A stretch of 64,000 nt of DNA from Candidatus Moraniibacteriota bacterium (GCA_043802865.1 JAZDKQ010000023.1:607-64606), one strand, 5' to 3'. Shown: positions 9,102 to 18,906, numbered from the stretch's first letter. Numbers and translations are program-made. Notes: generated by a model not told the origin, from the sequence alone.

Positions 9102-10223
9102 ATGAACACTTCCTATTCGGCTCTCGACACTTTTCTCACCTGTCCGCTGAAATACAAATATTCCCAGATCGACCGGATCAGAACTCCCAAATCCAAGGAG
9201 ATGGTTTTTGGGACGCTGATTCACAATACCCTGAAAGTGATACATGCGCCCGGCATACTTTCCCCCACTCCCGAACAAGCGCTTGATTTTTTCTCGAAAA
9301 ACTGGAACGCGGATGTTTTCGCGGATGATTTCGAAGAGCGGGCGGCTTTTTCGCAGGGCGTGGCTATGATCCAGGACTATTACAAAAAAAACGACCCGGC
9401 GAAGATCAACATCATTGATCTTGAATCGCGTTTTCAGATCGAAGTGGAAGCGAAGGGCGAAAAACATATCGTTTCGGGGATTATTGACCGGATCGACAAA
9501 ACCGAAGACGGATATGAAATCATCGATTACAAAACCACGCGCAAATTGCCGAGTCAGGAAAAAGTGGACAATGATCTCCAGCTTTCGATCTATCTGGCGG
9601 CCTTTTTGAAGCGCTATCCGAAAGAAACTGAGAATCTCGACAAAATCAAGGTTTCGCTGTATTATCTCAAGCACGGCGTGAAATTGAGCTCCCAGAGGTC
9701 GCTCGAGCAGGTCAGACAGAGCGAAGAGTTTATGCTTGATCTCATTGATCAGGTCGGAAAATCAAAGTTCGAGCCGACGCTTTCCGGGCTTTGCGACTGG
9801 TGCGGATATCAAAACCTCTGTCCGATGTGGAAACACAAGTTCAAAAAAGAAGAGCCGGAAGATATTGACAGCGTGAAAATTATCGAAGAATATATCGCTC
9901 TCAAAGAAGAGATCAAGTCAAAAGCTGATCGCATCGGAGAGTTGCAGGAAAAATTGAGTGAATATATGGACAGAGAAGATGTGAATCAGGTTTTTGGAGA
10001 CGCTGGACGAATTTTGCGGACGATCAGAAAAACATATAAATACGACCAAGAAAAACTGCGATCAATTTTGGAACCTTTGGATAAATGGGAATCAGTATTG
10101 AAAGTCGATGGGATTGCGCTCAAAAATATTCTCGGCGTTTTGCCTCTCGGCGCCAGAAAAGAAGCCGAAAAAGCACGGGAAGTTGACAAGGAGAGCAAGA
10201 GTTTTATTGTGAAGAAAGGATGA
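9102..10223 (+). CDS. PD-(D/E)XK nuclease-family protein with Cas4/AddB-like cysteine cluster
   Basis: N-terminal Cys (LTCPLKYKY), DYKTTRK...QLSIYL nuclease core, C-terminal CDWCGYQNLC. The antisense ORF 9024..9674 is rejected. Confidence 0.65.
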   Translation: MNTSYSALDTFLTCPLKYKYSQIDRIRTPKSKEMVFGTLIHNTLKVIHAPGILSPTPEQALDFFSKNWNADVFADDFEERAAFSQGVAMIQDYYKKNDPAKINIIDLESRFQIEVEAKGEKHIVSGIIDRIDKTEDGYEIIDYKTTRKLPSQEKVDNDLQLSIYLAAFLKRYPKETENLDKIKVSLYYLKHGVKLSSQRSLEQVRQSEEFMLDLIDQVGKSKFEPTLSGLCDWCGYQNLCPMWKHKFKKEEPEDIDSVKIIEEYIALKEEIKSKADRIGELQEKLSEYMDREDVNQVFGDAGRILRTIRKTYKYDQEKLRSILEPLDKWESVLKVDGIALKNILGVLPLGARKEAEKAREVDKESKSFIVKKG

Positions 10224-10693
10224 AAAAAAGAATAAGAGATTATATAAAGCAATTTTTTTTGATCGACGATACGCCGCACAAAGTTGTCGGCGGGGCGGCT
10301 TTGGGGGCTTTTTTGGGGATTATACCGGGCGAGGGCGTTTTGGCAACGCTTTTTTTCGCGTATATTTTCCGGCTCAATCGCTTGGCGGCTCTTGCGGGAG
10401 TTTTGGCCTTCAATATGTGGACAACTTTCATCGCGTTGCCTGTCGCGGCCGCTATTGGCGGATTGATATTTCGCATTGATCCGCGGACGCTTTCGAATGA
10501 TTTCCATGAGACATTGAGTCTTGGGTGGCAATATCTTTTCAGCTGGAATGTGCTTCGCGAAACCGCCATCCCTCTTTTGACCGGCTATATTGTTCTCGCC
10601 GGATCTGTCGCGGCAATAATATATTTTTCTCTTTTCTATCTTCTGATCAAACGAAAAAAGCTCAAAGAAAAAGAACATTTATTGCTGAAATAG
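10220..10693 (+). CDS. DUF2062-family membrane protein
   Basis: GAALGAFLGIIPGEGV...LAALAGVLAFNMWT pattern. ATG at 10220. Confidence 0.5.
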   Translation: MKKRIRDYIKQFFLIDDTPHKVVGGAALGAFLGIIPGEGVLATLFFAYIFRLNRLAALAGVLAFNMWTTFIALPVAAAIGGLIFRIDPRTLSNDFHETLSLGWQYLFSWNVLRETAIPLLTGYIVLAGSVAAIIYFSLFYLLIKRKKLKEKEHLLLK

Positions 10694-10721
10694 AGACGCG
10701 ATTAATCGCGTCTCTACGGGG
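10691..10721. repeat. family-C palindromic element, copy 1 (intergenic)
   Basis: TAGAGACGCGATTAATCGCGTCTCTA is a perfect 26-nt palindrome followed by CGGGG. Same element at 28641 and 54371. Confidence 0.8.
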
Positions 10722-11408
10722 TTATTTTATCACTGTTCCCAGAAACTTTTTGCGGGTGAGATATCCTTCGAAATTTTTTAGTTTCTTTCCGTTCATGATC
10801 AAGACTTCCATTTTGAGCTCTTCAGCCATCTTTGAAGCGACGGGATCAAAAGGGGCGTTGAGTCCCGGATCCCACTTGTTGCCGACAATTTTTCGGAAAT
10901 CTTTCCATGAAATTTCTTTTATTTTTTTCGCGTCCGCAAACTTTTTGGGGTCCTTGGTATAGACATAGTCGATATTGGAAAGGTTTATCAGCGTTTTCGC
11001 GCCGTATTCTTTGGCGAGGATCACGGCGTCAAGGTCGGTGGAAAAACCGGGTTTCCAGCCGGCGCCGATCAGGATTTTTTCGCGGAAGTCGAATTTTTGA
11101 TAGGGATTTTTGTTGATGCGCGGGTGCGCGTATTTTCGGAATATCGTCCGCAAAAGATGACCATTGAGTCTCGTGGAATGGATTCCGATCCAGTCTCTAT
11201 CATCTTTCTCAATGACGCCGATCTTGAGAACGGCGTTTTGATATTGCCGGCAGATGGATCCTCCGCCGGAAATAATTATAAAGCGATTATTTTGTTTGAT
11301 AAATTTCAAAATAAGATCTTTGAAATTTTTCAAGAATTTCCAGTCTATTCCCTCCGGCGGGAAAATAAGAGACCCGCCAAGAGAAATGACAATAATTTTG
11401 TTTTTCAT
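10722..11408 (-). CDS. pyrH: UMP kinase-like (archaeal-type PyrH / amino-acid kinase fold)
   Basis: IIVISLGGSLI and ISGGGSICRQY motifs; about 228 aa. Confidence 0.5.
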   Translation of the reverse strand: MKNKIIVISLGGSLIFPPEGIDWKFLKNFKDLILKFIKQNNRFIIISGGGSICRQYQNAVLKIGVIEKDDRDWIGIHSTRLNGHLLRTIFRKYAHPRINKNPYQKFDFREKILIGAGWKPGFSTDLDAVILAKEYGAKTLINLSNIDYVYTKDPKKFADAKKIKEISWKDFRKIVGNKWDPGLNAPFDPVASKMAEELKMEVLIMNGKKLKNFEGYLTRKKFLGTVIK

Positions 11409-11418
11409 GATTTTTGAA

Positions 11419-11868
11419 TTATTTTATACAACACTTTGCTCCTTGAAACCCCCGGCCCTCGGCTTCTTCTTTGGAAGAAAAGCAAACCCTGTTTTCTGGT
11501 TTGATATTTTGGGCGTATCGGCACGTCGGGAGATGATATTTGTTTGAATTTTTGCTGGCAACGAAAGCGCATTTTTGGTTGTTGGCCGTCGCAACACTTT
11601 CTGTTGAAGCAGGTTTGCTGTTTGCGGATGCGGTTTTTGTGTCGCTTGCATCAGTTTGGCTTTGACCAGTATTCGCGCTTGCGACTTCAGCAGGCGCGAC
11701 TTTGTTCACAACGATCGGTTCTTGCTTGTTTTTTTGTCCTTTCAAAAATCCGGCCTCAAAAGAGATGGCGGCGATGAGGATTATGCCGATCGCCAATACG
11801 ATTTTTTGCTCATACTTAAGCCAAAATTGACCGATTCGGGATTCCTTGAAACGGGAGATGATTGACAT
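11419..11868 (-). CDS. membrane-anchored protein with C-terminal Ada-like Zn-binding domain
   Basis: N-terminal TM. C-terminus YHLPTCRYAQNIKPENRVCFSSKEEAEGRGFQGAKCC resembles the Ada metal-binding domain (CRPSC...ENV.FF.T.EEA..AGFRPCKRC). Confidence 0.45.
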   Translation of the reverse strand: MSIISRFKESRIGQFWLKYEQKIVLAIGIILIAAISFEAGFLKGQKNKQEPIVVNKVAPAEVASANTGQSQTDASDTKTASANSKPASTESVATANNQKCAFVASKNSNKYHLPTCRYAQNIKPENRVCFSSKEEAEGRGFQGAKCCIK

Positions 11869-11924
11869 CTGGGGGAAAATAAACTATTATTCTATAGTAA
11901 ATTCAATATCTTTGATTCAACTAT

Positions 11925-12197
11925 ATGGCACACAGAAAAGCAGGTGGCTCTACACAGCTTGGCCGAGATTCGCAATCCAAACGGCTCGGTGTCAAAAAAC
12001 ACGGCGGTGAAACGGTGAAAACCGGAAATATAATCGTTCGCCAGCGCGGGACAAAATTCCGCCCGGGTGAAAACGTGAAACGCGGCGGCGATGATACTCT
12101 TTTCGCAATGAAAGACGGAGCAGTCAAATTCGCTTCCAAAAAAATTCGCAAATTTACCGGCAGATTGGCCCGCGCGAAATTCGTGAGCGTGGAATAA
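11925..12197 (+). CDS. rpmA: 50S ribosomal protein L27
   Basis: [42 protein letters not shown] is canonical L27. Confidence 0.9.
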   Translation: MAHRKAGGSTQLGRDSQSKRLGVKKHGGETVKTGNIIVRQRGTKFRPGENVKRGGDDTLFAMKDGAVKFASKKIRKFTGRLARAKFVSVE

Positions 12198-12220
12198 GCT
12201 ATCAGGAAACATATTAAAAA

Positions 12221-12250
12221 ATAGAAGCAACAAAGCTTCTATTTTTTTAT
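12221..12250. terminator. bidirectional terminator between rpmA and pyrG
   Basis: ATAGAAGC-aacaa-GCTTCTAT followed by TTTTTTT; A-run upstream. Confidence 0.55.
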
Positions 12251-13872
12251 TTTATCGCGTTCTTAATGAACTCTCTGAAAAGAGGATGCGGGCTCAAGGG
12301 TGAGGATTTGAATTCGGGATGGAATTGAGTTCCCAAATGAAAGGGGTGGGATTTTTTTGGCAGTTCGGCGATTTCCATCAAGCGTCCGTCCGGCGAGGTG
12401 CCGGAAAAGACGAGCCCCACTTTTTCCAGTTGTTCGATGTATTCCGTGTTCACTTCCCATCGGTGGCGGTGGCGTTCGGAAATATTCGGCGTTTTGTAGG
12501 CGCCAAAAGCGATTGTGTTCCTTTTGAGCGTCGCGGGATAGGTGCCGAGCCGCATCGTTGCTCCATAATTCTTGTCAGCGAGATTCTTTTTTTGCTCGGG
12601 CATAATGTCGATCACTGGATATTTGGTGTTGCGATTGATCTCGGTTGTGTTCGCGCCTTTCAATTTCAACACGTTTCTTGCGTATTCGATGACGAGAAGT
12701 TGCATACCATAGCAAAGTCCGAAATACGGAATTTTGTTTTTCCGGCAGAATTCGATCGCTTTCAATTTTCCTTCCACTCCCCGTTCTCCAAATCCGCCCG
12801 GAACAAGAATTCCCGCGTATTTTTTGAGTTCGCGAACCTTGGCGGGATTTTTTTCATATTCTTCGGCGTTCAGCCACTCGATTTGCGGTTTTCTTTTGAA
12901 GGAATAGCAAGCATGTTTCACAGCTTCAATGACGGAAATATAGGCATCAGACAAAACAAAATCACCCGTCCCGAAATATTTGCCGACTATGCCTATTTTA
13001 AGCGGTTTTTTGGAGTTTTTAATATTTTTCACCATAGCTTTCCAGCGCGCCATGTCGTTTTTTTTCGGCTTCAGATTGAGTTTCTCGAGAAGGATGCCGC
13101 TCATATTGTCTTTTTCGAAATTGACTGGCACTTCATAGACCGATTCGATGTCGGGGGCGCTGATAACATCTTTTTCTTGAAGATTGCAATGGTCGGCCAA
13201 TTTTTCTTTCCTTTTTTTGTCGAGGGTGACGGCGCTGCGAGCAATGATGATGTCAGGCTGGATTCCGGCGGCATTGAGCGATCGAACCGCGTATTGGGTC
13301 GGTTTTGTTTTCATTTCTCCGACTGTTGAGGGGACGGGCAAATAGCTCACAAGTGCGAAAAGAACATCGCCCCGGCTTGCGAGACGCATCATTCTTCCGG
13401 CTTCAAGAAACAAGAGTCCCTGATATTCTCCGAGTGTTCCCCCGACCTCAATGAGCATAATTTCAGCCTTCGAGTTCTTCTGGGCTTTTTGAATGCGGCG
13501 GATGATCTCTTTTGGGACATCCGGAACAACATCGACGCATCGTCCGCCATATCCCATCGCCCGCTCGCGGTCGATGATCGTTTTGTACACCATTCCGTTC
13601 GTCATATAATTTTCCGCCGGCAATGTGAAATTCATGAAACGTTCATAATTTCCCATATCCTGATCCGTTTCCATTCCACTGTCCAAAACGAAAACTTCCC
13701 CGTGCTCGGTCGGGTTCATTGTTCCCGCGTCAACATTGAGATATGGGTCGATTTTCATCACCGAGACGCGAAAACCCTTTGATTGAAGGATGTTTCCAAT
13801 CGAAGCGGTGGCAATTCCCTTTCCGACCCCGCTCATCACTCCCCCGACGATAAAAATGTATTTTGGACGCAT
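12247..13872 (-). CDS. pyrG: CTP synthase
   Basis: N-terminal KYIFIVGGVMSGVGKGI and GATase motif GLCYGMQL. Start at internal ATG 13872. The 336-aa antisense ORF is rejected. Confidence 0.9.
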   Translation of the reverse strand: MRPKYIFIVGGVMSGVGKGIATASIGNILQSKGFRVSVMKIDPYLNVDAGTMNPTEHGEVFVLDSGMETDQDMGNYERFMNFTLPAENYMTNGMVYKTIIDRERAMGYGGRCVDVVPDVPKEIIRRIQKAQKNSKAEIMLIEVGGTLGEYQGLLFLEAGRMMRLASRGDVLFALVSYLPVPSTVGEMKTKPTQYAVRSLNAAGIQPDIIIARSAVTLDKKRKEKLADHCNLQEKDVISAPDIESVYEVPVNFEKDNMSGILLEKLNLKPKKNDMARWKAMVKNIKNSKKPLKIGIVGKYFGTGDFVLSDAYISVIEAVKHACYSFKRKPQIEWLNAEEYEKNPAKVRELKKYAGILVPGGFGERGVEGKLKAIEFCRKNKIPYFGLCYGMQLLVIEYARNVLKLKGANTTEINRNTKYPVIDIMPEQKKNLADKNYGATMRLGTYPATLKRNTIAFGAYKTPNISERHRHRWEVNTEYIEQLEKVGLVFSGTSPDGRLMEIAELPKKSHPFHLGTQFHPEFKSSPLSPHPLFREFIKNAIK

Positions 13873-13940
13873 GCTAATTTCAAGAAAATAGAGGTGAAAA
13901 GATATCACCCCTATTTTTAAATTTTTAATAATCTTATATT

Positions 13941-14387
13941 CTAGCCTTCTTCGGGAACCAAAATCACTTTTATATTCGCTTCCAGTCCGTGGTCAAGTTC
14001 CAGTTTTACATCATAATCGCCGACTTCTTTGATTGGCTCCTCGAGCTTCACGCTTTCCGGTTCGATCTTGAGTCCCTCATCCGCAAATGTCTTGGCGATT
14101 GTTTTTTCGTTGACGGATCCAAACAACGTTCCATCTTTTTCTTTGACCTTGATGAATAATTCTCTTCCGTCCAGTTGCTCGGCCAGTTTTTGAACCTCTT
14201 CCAAGTCTGTCTGATCAACCTTTGATTTTTTGGCCGCGTTCAATTCGGCTTCCCGAAGCGCTTGCTCGGTCGCTGGTTTGGCAAGATCTTGTGGAATCAA
14301 AAAATTGCGGGCGTAGCCGTCGGCCACCTCTTTGACTTCTCCCTCCTTGCCGAGCTTGTCGACATTTTTCAGTAGGATTACTTTCAC
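13941..14387 (-). CDS. rplI: 50S ribosomal protein L9
   Basis: MKVILLKNVDKLGKEGEVKEVADGYARNFLIP. GTG start at 14387. Confidence 0.85.
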   Translation of the reverse strand: MKVILLKNVDKLGKEGEVKEVADGYARNFLIPQDLAKPATEQALREAELNAAKKSKVDQTDLEEVQKLAEQLDGRELFIKVKEKDGTLFGSVNEKTIAKTFADEGLKIEPESVKLEEPIKEVGDYDVKLELDHGLEANIKVILVPEEG

Positions 14388-14492
14388 CCCGTTAGAAAAT
14401 TAATTATTATACCCTCGCTAGAAAATGCTTTTGTTTTCTAACGGGGTTCATTGGTTTTATTATAATTCAAAAAAATATTTTAGCAAACCCCC

Positions 14493-15776
14493 CTATTTTA
14501 TCTTCTCCTTGATGATCTCGAGAGCCTTGTCCATCTGAGGATCGCGATTGTTGTTGTAATCAGCGTCGGACAGGTCAACATCGATGGTCGGGTCAATCCC
14601 CCTTTCCATTATATAGTCTCCATTCGGTGTTAGCCAGCGGGCGATTGTCACGCGGAGTGTTGATCCGCCGACCAATTTCTCCAGCTCTTGCACAGAACCT
14701 TTTCCGAATGTTTTTTTGCCGATGAGCGGCGCTCCGAGGTCGTCCCGGAGCGCGCCGGCTGTGATCTCAGAAGCACTTGCACTTCCGCCATTAACAAGCA
14801 CAACAACGGGCAAGTTCCCCAAAATATCGCCGCCTCGCGCCGGAAAATCTTTTTTCCCGCCGTTTGTTGATCCTCTTTCTTCTTCAGAGACGACCACTTT
14901 CCCTTCGGGAATGAATTTTGATGAAATATCAATGGCGGATTCAAGGTATCCGCCTGGATTGTTTCGGAGATCAAGAATGACCCCTTTTGCGTTTTGGGAT
15001 ACGATTTGACTGGCTACCTGATTCATTCCGGAAGTAGTATCGTCTCCAAATTTGGATATTTTTACGACAGCAATTCCGTTGTCTTTGAACTCAAGTTTCA
15101 CGCTTTTGACATTGATTTGATCGCGGATGATCTTCACCTCGATTGGGTTTGTGCTTTTTTCATGCAGAATCATAAGAGATATTTCCGTTCCTTTCGGTCC
15201 GCGGATCAAAGAGACAGCTTCGTCGACTGTCATGTCTGAAGTGAGTTTGTCTCCTATTTTCAGGACTTTGTCGCCTGCCCTAAGTCCGGCTTTTTCGCCG
15301 GGCGACTCGTCAAGGGGAGAAATGACCGTCAAAATATCATTTTTCATCCCAATTTCCACGCCGATTCCCTCAAATGTCCCTTCAAGGTCCTTGGAAAACT
15401 GCTGGCTTTCATCCGGATTCATGAAGCTTGAAAACGGATCGCCGACCGCTTTCACCATGCCGGAGATCGCGCCGTATATCATCTTCTGCCGGTCAAGCTT
15501 TGTTGTGTCGACGTACTTGTCATTCAGGATGTTCCAAGCTTCCCAAAAAAGGTCAAAATCGACATCACTCGGCTGGCTCTTGTCGTGGCTTTTTACAAGG
15601 AGATTTTCGATCGCAATAGGACTCTTGCTTTTGGAGGACGTATATTTGTTGAAAAGGGAACCGGCAAAAAAGCTCACGGAGATGAGAATCACAATACCGA
15701 ATATTTTGAAATTCCGGCGATTTTTCTTTGGTTTGTCGCTTTTTTCTTCTATTTCGCTTTTTTCTTCTATTTCCAT
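14493..15776 (-). CDS. ctpA: S41 C-terminal processing peptidase
   Basis: PDZ segment (GLRAGDKVLKIGDK), GVILDLRNNPGGYL, and catalytic-Ser region GGSASASEITAGAL. Confidence 0.8.
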   Translation of the reverse strand: MEIEEKSEIEEKSDKPKKNRRNFKIFGIVILISVSFFAGSLFNKYTSSKSKSPIAIENLLVKSHDKSQPSDVDFDLFWEAWNILNDKYVDTTKLDRQKMIYGAISGMVKAVGDPFSSFMNPDESQQFSKDLEGTFEGIGVEIGMKNDILTVISPLDESPGEKAGLRAGDKVLKIGDKLTSDMTVDEAVSLIRGPKGTEISLMILHEKSTNPIEVKIIRDQINVKSVKLEFKDNGIAVVKISKFGDDTTSGMNQVASQIVSQNAKGVILDLRNNPGGYLESAIDISSKFIPEGKVVVSEEERGSTNGGKKDFPARGGDILGNLPVVVLVNGGSASASEITAGALRDDLGAPLIGKKTFGKGSVQELEKLVGGSTLRVTIARWLTPNGDYIMERGIDPTIDVDLSDADYNNNRDPQMDKALEIIKEKIK

Positions 15777-15782
15777 GATTTT

Positions 15783-16613
15783 TTATTGATGCGGATTGGG
15801 TTTGCCTTTGTATTTCCAGAAATATTTTATTACACTTTGTATATGGCTTCTCGTGAGTTTGTTGAATGCGGCCTTCAGAATACTTTCGCTGGCAGATCCT
15901 TTTCGATGATAATGAAACATCTGGGAAAAAGGATAATACATGACCCGGTATTTGTTTTCCCAAAATCGCCTGCACCAGTCCACGTCTTCAAAATACATAA
16001 AGAAAGTTCTGTCCATCAGTCCAACTTTTTCAACCGCTTTTTTCGAAGTCATCATTGCGGATCCCATTACCCAGTCCACATCCATCGGCTTATCGTGATC
16101 TCTGTCTTTATACAAAAAATAACTGATCTTTTTTTGAGCAAACTTCAGTTTCCCCAAAAATGTTCTTCGATACAAAATTATCAACGGAGTATAAAATCTA
16201 AAACAGGAAAATTGGAATTTCCCATCAAAATTCAGCAGTTTTGGCCCGGCTATTCCGACCGCCGGGTTGTTTTTCAGATATTCAAGCAGAATATCCGCGG
16301 ATTTGTTCTTTATTACAATATCATCATTCAGAATAAGGTAATAATCCCCCCGTGCATTTTCAATTCCTTCGTTCACGAGTCCCAAGAAACCCAGATTTTC
16401 CGAATGAGAAAAAAATTTTATTTCCGGAAATTCCTCTCGCATCATCATTTCCAAGTCTTCCTCCGTGGAACTGTCGAGAACCAAAATTTCATAATTCTCA
16501 CAAAGAACATTTTTTTTCAGCGATTCAAGGCAAAGACGAAGAACCGCGGGGTTTTTGTAGCTGGTGATTATTACGGATAGTTCAGGATTTCTAGATTTTT
16601 GTTCAGTGTTCAT
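15783..16613 (-). CDS. family 2 glycosyltransferase
   Basis: LSVIITSYKNPAVLRLCLESL plus an LNDD acidic motif. Start at ATG 16613; the track start at 16631 is TTG. Confidence 0.7.
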   Translation of the reverse strand: MNTEQKSRNPELSVIITSYKNPAVLRLCLESLKKNVLCENYEILVLDSSTEEDLEMMMREEFPEIKFFSHSENLGFLGLVNEGIENARGDYYLILNDDIVIKNKSADILLEYLKNNPAVGIAGPKLLNFDGKFQFSCFRFYTPLIILYRRTFLGKLKFAQKKISYFLYKDRDHDKPMDVDWVMGSAMMTSKKAVEKVGLMDRTFFMYFEDVDWCRRFWENKYRVMYYPFSQMFHYHRKGSASESILKAAFNKLTRSHIQSVIKYFWKYKGKPNPHQ

Positions 16614-17617
16614 TGAAATATATTTCGGCAAGCTTCGTGTATTTTGTCATAGTTTCCTCCCGCGGGCAGCAGAATGTATGTTTTTCCTTCCGGAGTGTCG
16701 GCTTTTGACGCATAGAGCAATCCTTCAGGCGAAGTGTCAAAAACTCTCTGTTTCATCTTGGGATCTTGGATTTTGTTGGCGAGATCGAAAAACTTTTTCA
16801 TTTCGGAAATGTCCATATCGGCGCGGACATCGTCTCCCAAAATATTCAAAATATTGTTGACTTTCGTGAAATCAGAAAGCGTTCCAAGGCTCAACATCTT
16901 GTCTTTGAGGGCGATCAGAACCTGTTGCTGGCGCTTGGCTCTCTCGAAATCAGATGAGGCATAGCGCGCCCGGACGAAGAAAAGAGCTTTTGTGCCGTCA
17001 AGGTGGTTTTTCCCGGCGGGAAGAGTGAAATTTGAGGCCGCTTCGCCCTCGAACTGGGTCGGTTCGGAAAAGGGATTGTCGAGATACACATCAACGCCTC
17101 CCACCTTGTCGACAAGCTCCGTGAAGCCCCTGAAGTCGATGCGGACGACATAGTGGATGGGAAGGCCGGTGACGTCGCCTACGACTTGTTTCATCATCTC
17201 CATTCCTTTGCCCTCGCTCTTGTCCTCATATATCGCGTTGACGGCATTTATTTTGCTCTGGCTGGATGTTCCCGGGTCTTGGACATAGAGGTCGCGGGGA
17301 ATTGAAATGAGGGCAATTTTGTTTTCTTGCGGTCGGATCGAGGCGACCATAATTGAATCAGCCAAGAGTCCCCCTCCGGCCATATTGTTTCCGCGCATTC
17401 CAAGGAGAAGGATGTTGATCTGGCCTTCAGCTTGCCCCTGCAATTGGTCTGACCCGACTCCGGGTAGGCTTTTCCAGAGACTTGTCAAAAACCCGCCCTT
17501 GGTCGAAATTTTGCTCAAGGTTGATCCGGCCTTATACATTGCCCATCCACCGGTCACGCAGGTAAGCAAAATGATCACAAGCAAAACCTTGAACCATCTT
17601 TTTCTGAAAATCCCCAT
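16610..17617 (-). CDS. LytR-CpsA-Psr (LCP) family protein
   Basis: N-terminal TM; INILLLGMRGNN...ADSIMVASIRPQENKIALISIPRDLYV. Confidence 0.75.
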   Translation of the reverse strand: MGIFRKRWFKVLLVIILLTCVTGGWAMYKAGSTLSKISTKGGFLTSLWKSLPGVGSDQLQGQAEGQINILLLGMRGNNMAGGGLLADSIMVASIRPQENKIALISIPRDLYVQDPGTSSQSKINAVNAIYEDKSEGKGMEMMKQVVGDVTGLPIHYVVRIDFRGFTELVDKVGGVDVYLDNPFSEPTQFEGEAASNFTLPAGKNHLDGTKALFFVRARYASSDFERAKRQQQVLIALKDKMLSLGTLSDFTKVNNILNILGDDVRADMDISEMKKFFDLANKIQDPKMKQRVFDTSPEGLLYASKADTPEGKTYILLPAGGNYDKIHEACRNIFQ

Positions 17618-17703
17618 GAACTTTGATTGAAAATAAAAAAGAGACTATCCGAAATCCTTTATGAGTATATTATACCACCTGGGAATTGGCAATACAATGC
17701 GGA

Positions 17704-18837
17704 TCACTTTGTGAAACTCTCGTATATTCCCAGCGTTTTCTCTGCGGTTTTTTGCCAAGTATATTTTTTGGCGATTTCAATCCCCTTTCCAATCAGGCTG
17801 TTTCGCAAATTCTCGTCCGACAAAACTGCGTTTATTTTTTCGGCAAAGTCTTTGGGATTTTTTGGGTCGCCAAACAGCGCCGCGTCCTTGCCGATCTCGC
17901 GAAGAACCGGAATGTCAGAGCAGACAACCGGCGTACCGGCAGCCATCGCTTCAATGATCGGAATACCAAAACCTTCGTATAGTGACGGAAAAACAAAGCA
18001 AGCGGCCATTTGCAGCAATGCGGGCTTGTCCTCTTCGTCGATCCATCCGGGGAATATTATTTTATCAGCAAGATTATTTTTCTCGATTGTTTCGTCAATT
18101 TTTGGATCAAAATTGTGTGCTTTCCGGTTTCCGGCGAGGATCAATGGCATATCCAAGTCTTTCAGCGCTTCAATTACAACCGTAATATTTTTTCTTGGCT
18201 GAAGCGTGCCGATATATAGTATGTATTTTGTATTTGGTATTTTGTATTTGGTATTAATTTTTTTGATTTCATCGGGAGAGTATTTTTTGTTAAATCGGCT
18301 AAAATCCACCCCATTGTATACGCAATCAACTTTTTTCGGTGGAATTTTGTAAAAATCAATGATATTTTTTTTCTCGCCTTTCGAAATGGTGATTATTTTG
18401 TTGGCCCGGCGAATACTTCTCGGAATAAGAGTCTTCAAAAAAAACAAATCGGATTTTTTGATATATTCGGGAAAATAGTTGAATGAAATGTCGTGAATTG
18501 TCAGAGCCAATTTCACTTTTTTTGGCTGCCAAAAAGGAGCAATGTATTGCGTGTGAAAAACATCCACCGAATTTTTTTTGAGATAATTCGGCAAGTACCA
18601 AAAATTCCAGCAAAAGCGGTTGGTTTTTTTGATGAAAATAACTTTGAAGTTTTGGCCAAGATCCAGTTTTTTTATTTCTTCGGACAAATCGGCGTCTTCT
18701 TTCGGATCGCGGTCAGTGAAAAGAAAATATTGATTATTTTTATCAATATCTGCCAAATTTTTCACCAAATTGAAAAACACCGCCTCATCGCCGGTTCTTT
18801 TCTTGCCGATCATCCTTATGTCGATGCCAATTTTCAT
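17704..18837 (-). CDS. family 4 glycosyltransferase (GT-B)
   Basis: MKIGIDIR start and EGFGIPIIEAMAAGTPVV motif. Contains AAATAC-type hexamer repeats encoding NTKYKIPNTKY. Confidence 0.7.
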   Translation of the reverse strand: MKIGIDIRMIGKKRTGDEAVFFNLVKNLADIDKNNQYFLFTDRDPKEDADLSEEIKKLDLGQNFKVIFIKKTNRFCWNFWYLPNYLKKNSVDVFHTQYIAPFWQPKKVKLALTIHDISFNYFPEYIKKSDLFFLKTLIPRSIRRANKIITISKGEKKNIIDFYKIPPKKVDCVYNGVDFSRFNKKYSPDEIKKINTKYKIPNTKYILYIGTLQPRKNITVVIEALKDLDMPLILAGNRKAHNFDPKIDETIEKNNLADKIIFPGWIDEEDKPALLQMAACFVFPSLYEGFGIPIIEAMAAGTPVVCSDIPVLREIGKDAALFGDPKNPKDFAEKINAVLSDENLRNSLIGKGIEIAKKYTWQKTAEKTLGIYESFTK

Positions 18838-18878
18838 AATCTTATCATATCTCAAATCCTAGTTTTTCTCAAATAAAG

Positions 18879-18906
18879 AAGCCCCGAGCGTGCGTGCCCA
18901 GGGCTT
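18879..18906 (-). terminator. terminator downstream of the PhoH-like gene
   Basis: AAGCCCTGGGCACGCACGCTCGGGGCTT hairpin (minus-strand sense) followed by a T-rich tract. Confidence 0.5.

Noticed and set aside
9024-9674. 216-aa minus-strand ORF overlapping the PD-(D/E)XK nuclease gene
   Set aside because: The plus-strand ORF has clear nuclease and Cys-cluster motifs and the minus ORF has none.
12319-13329. 336-aa plus-strand ORF antisense to pyrG
   Set aside because: Fully embedded opposite a highly conserved gene. The protein is Phe-rich and low-complexity with no motifs, a typical stop-poor antisense frame.
14930-14970. GGCGGAT...ATCCGCC inverted repeat inside ctpA, resembling a family-A core
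   Set aside because: It encodes the conserved S41 peptidase NPGG region, so it is most likely native coding sequence and not an inserted element.
15585-16580. 331-aa plus-strand ORF antisense to the GT2 gene
   Set aside because: Antisense to a motif-supported glycosyltransferase; Phe-rich and featureless.
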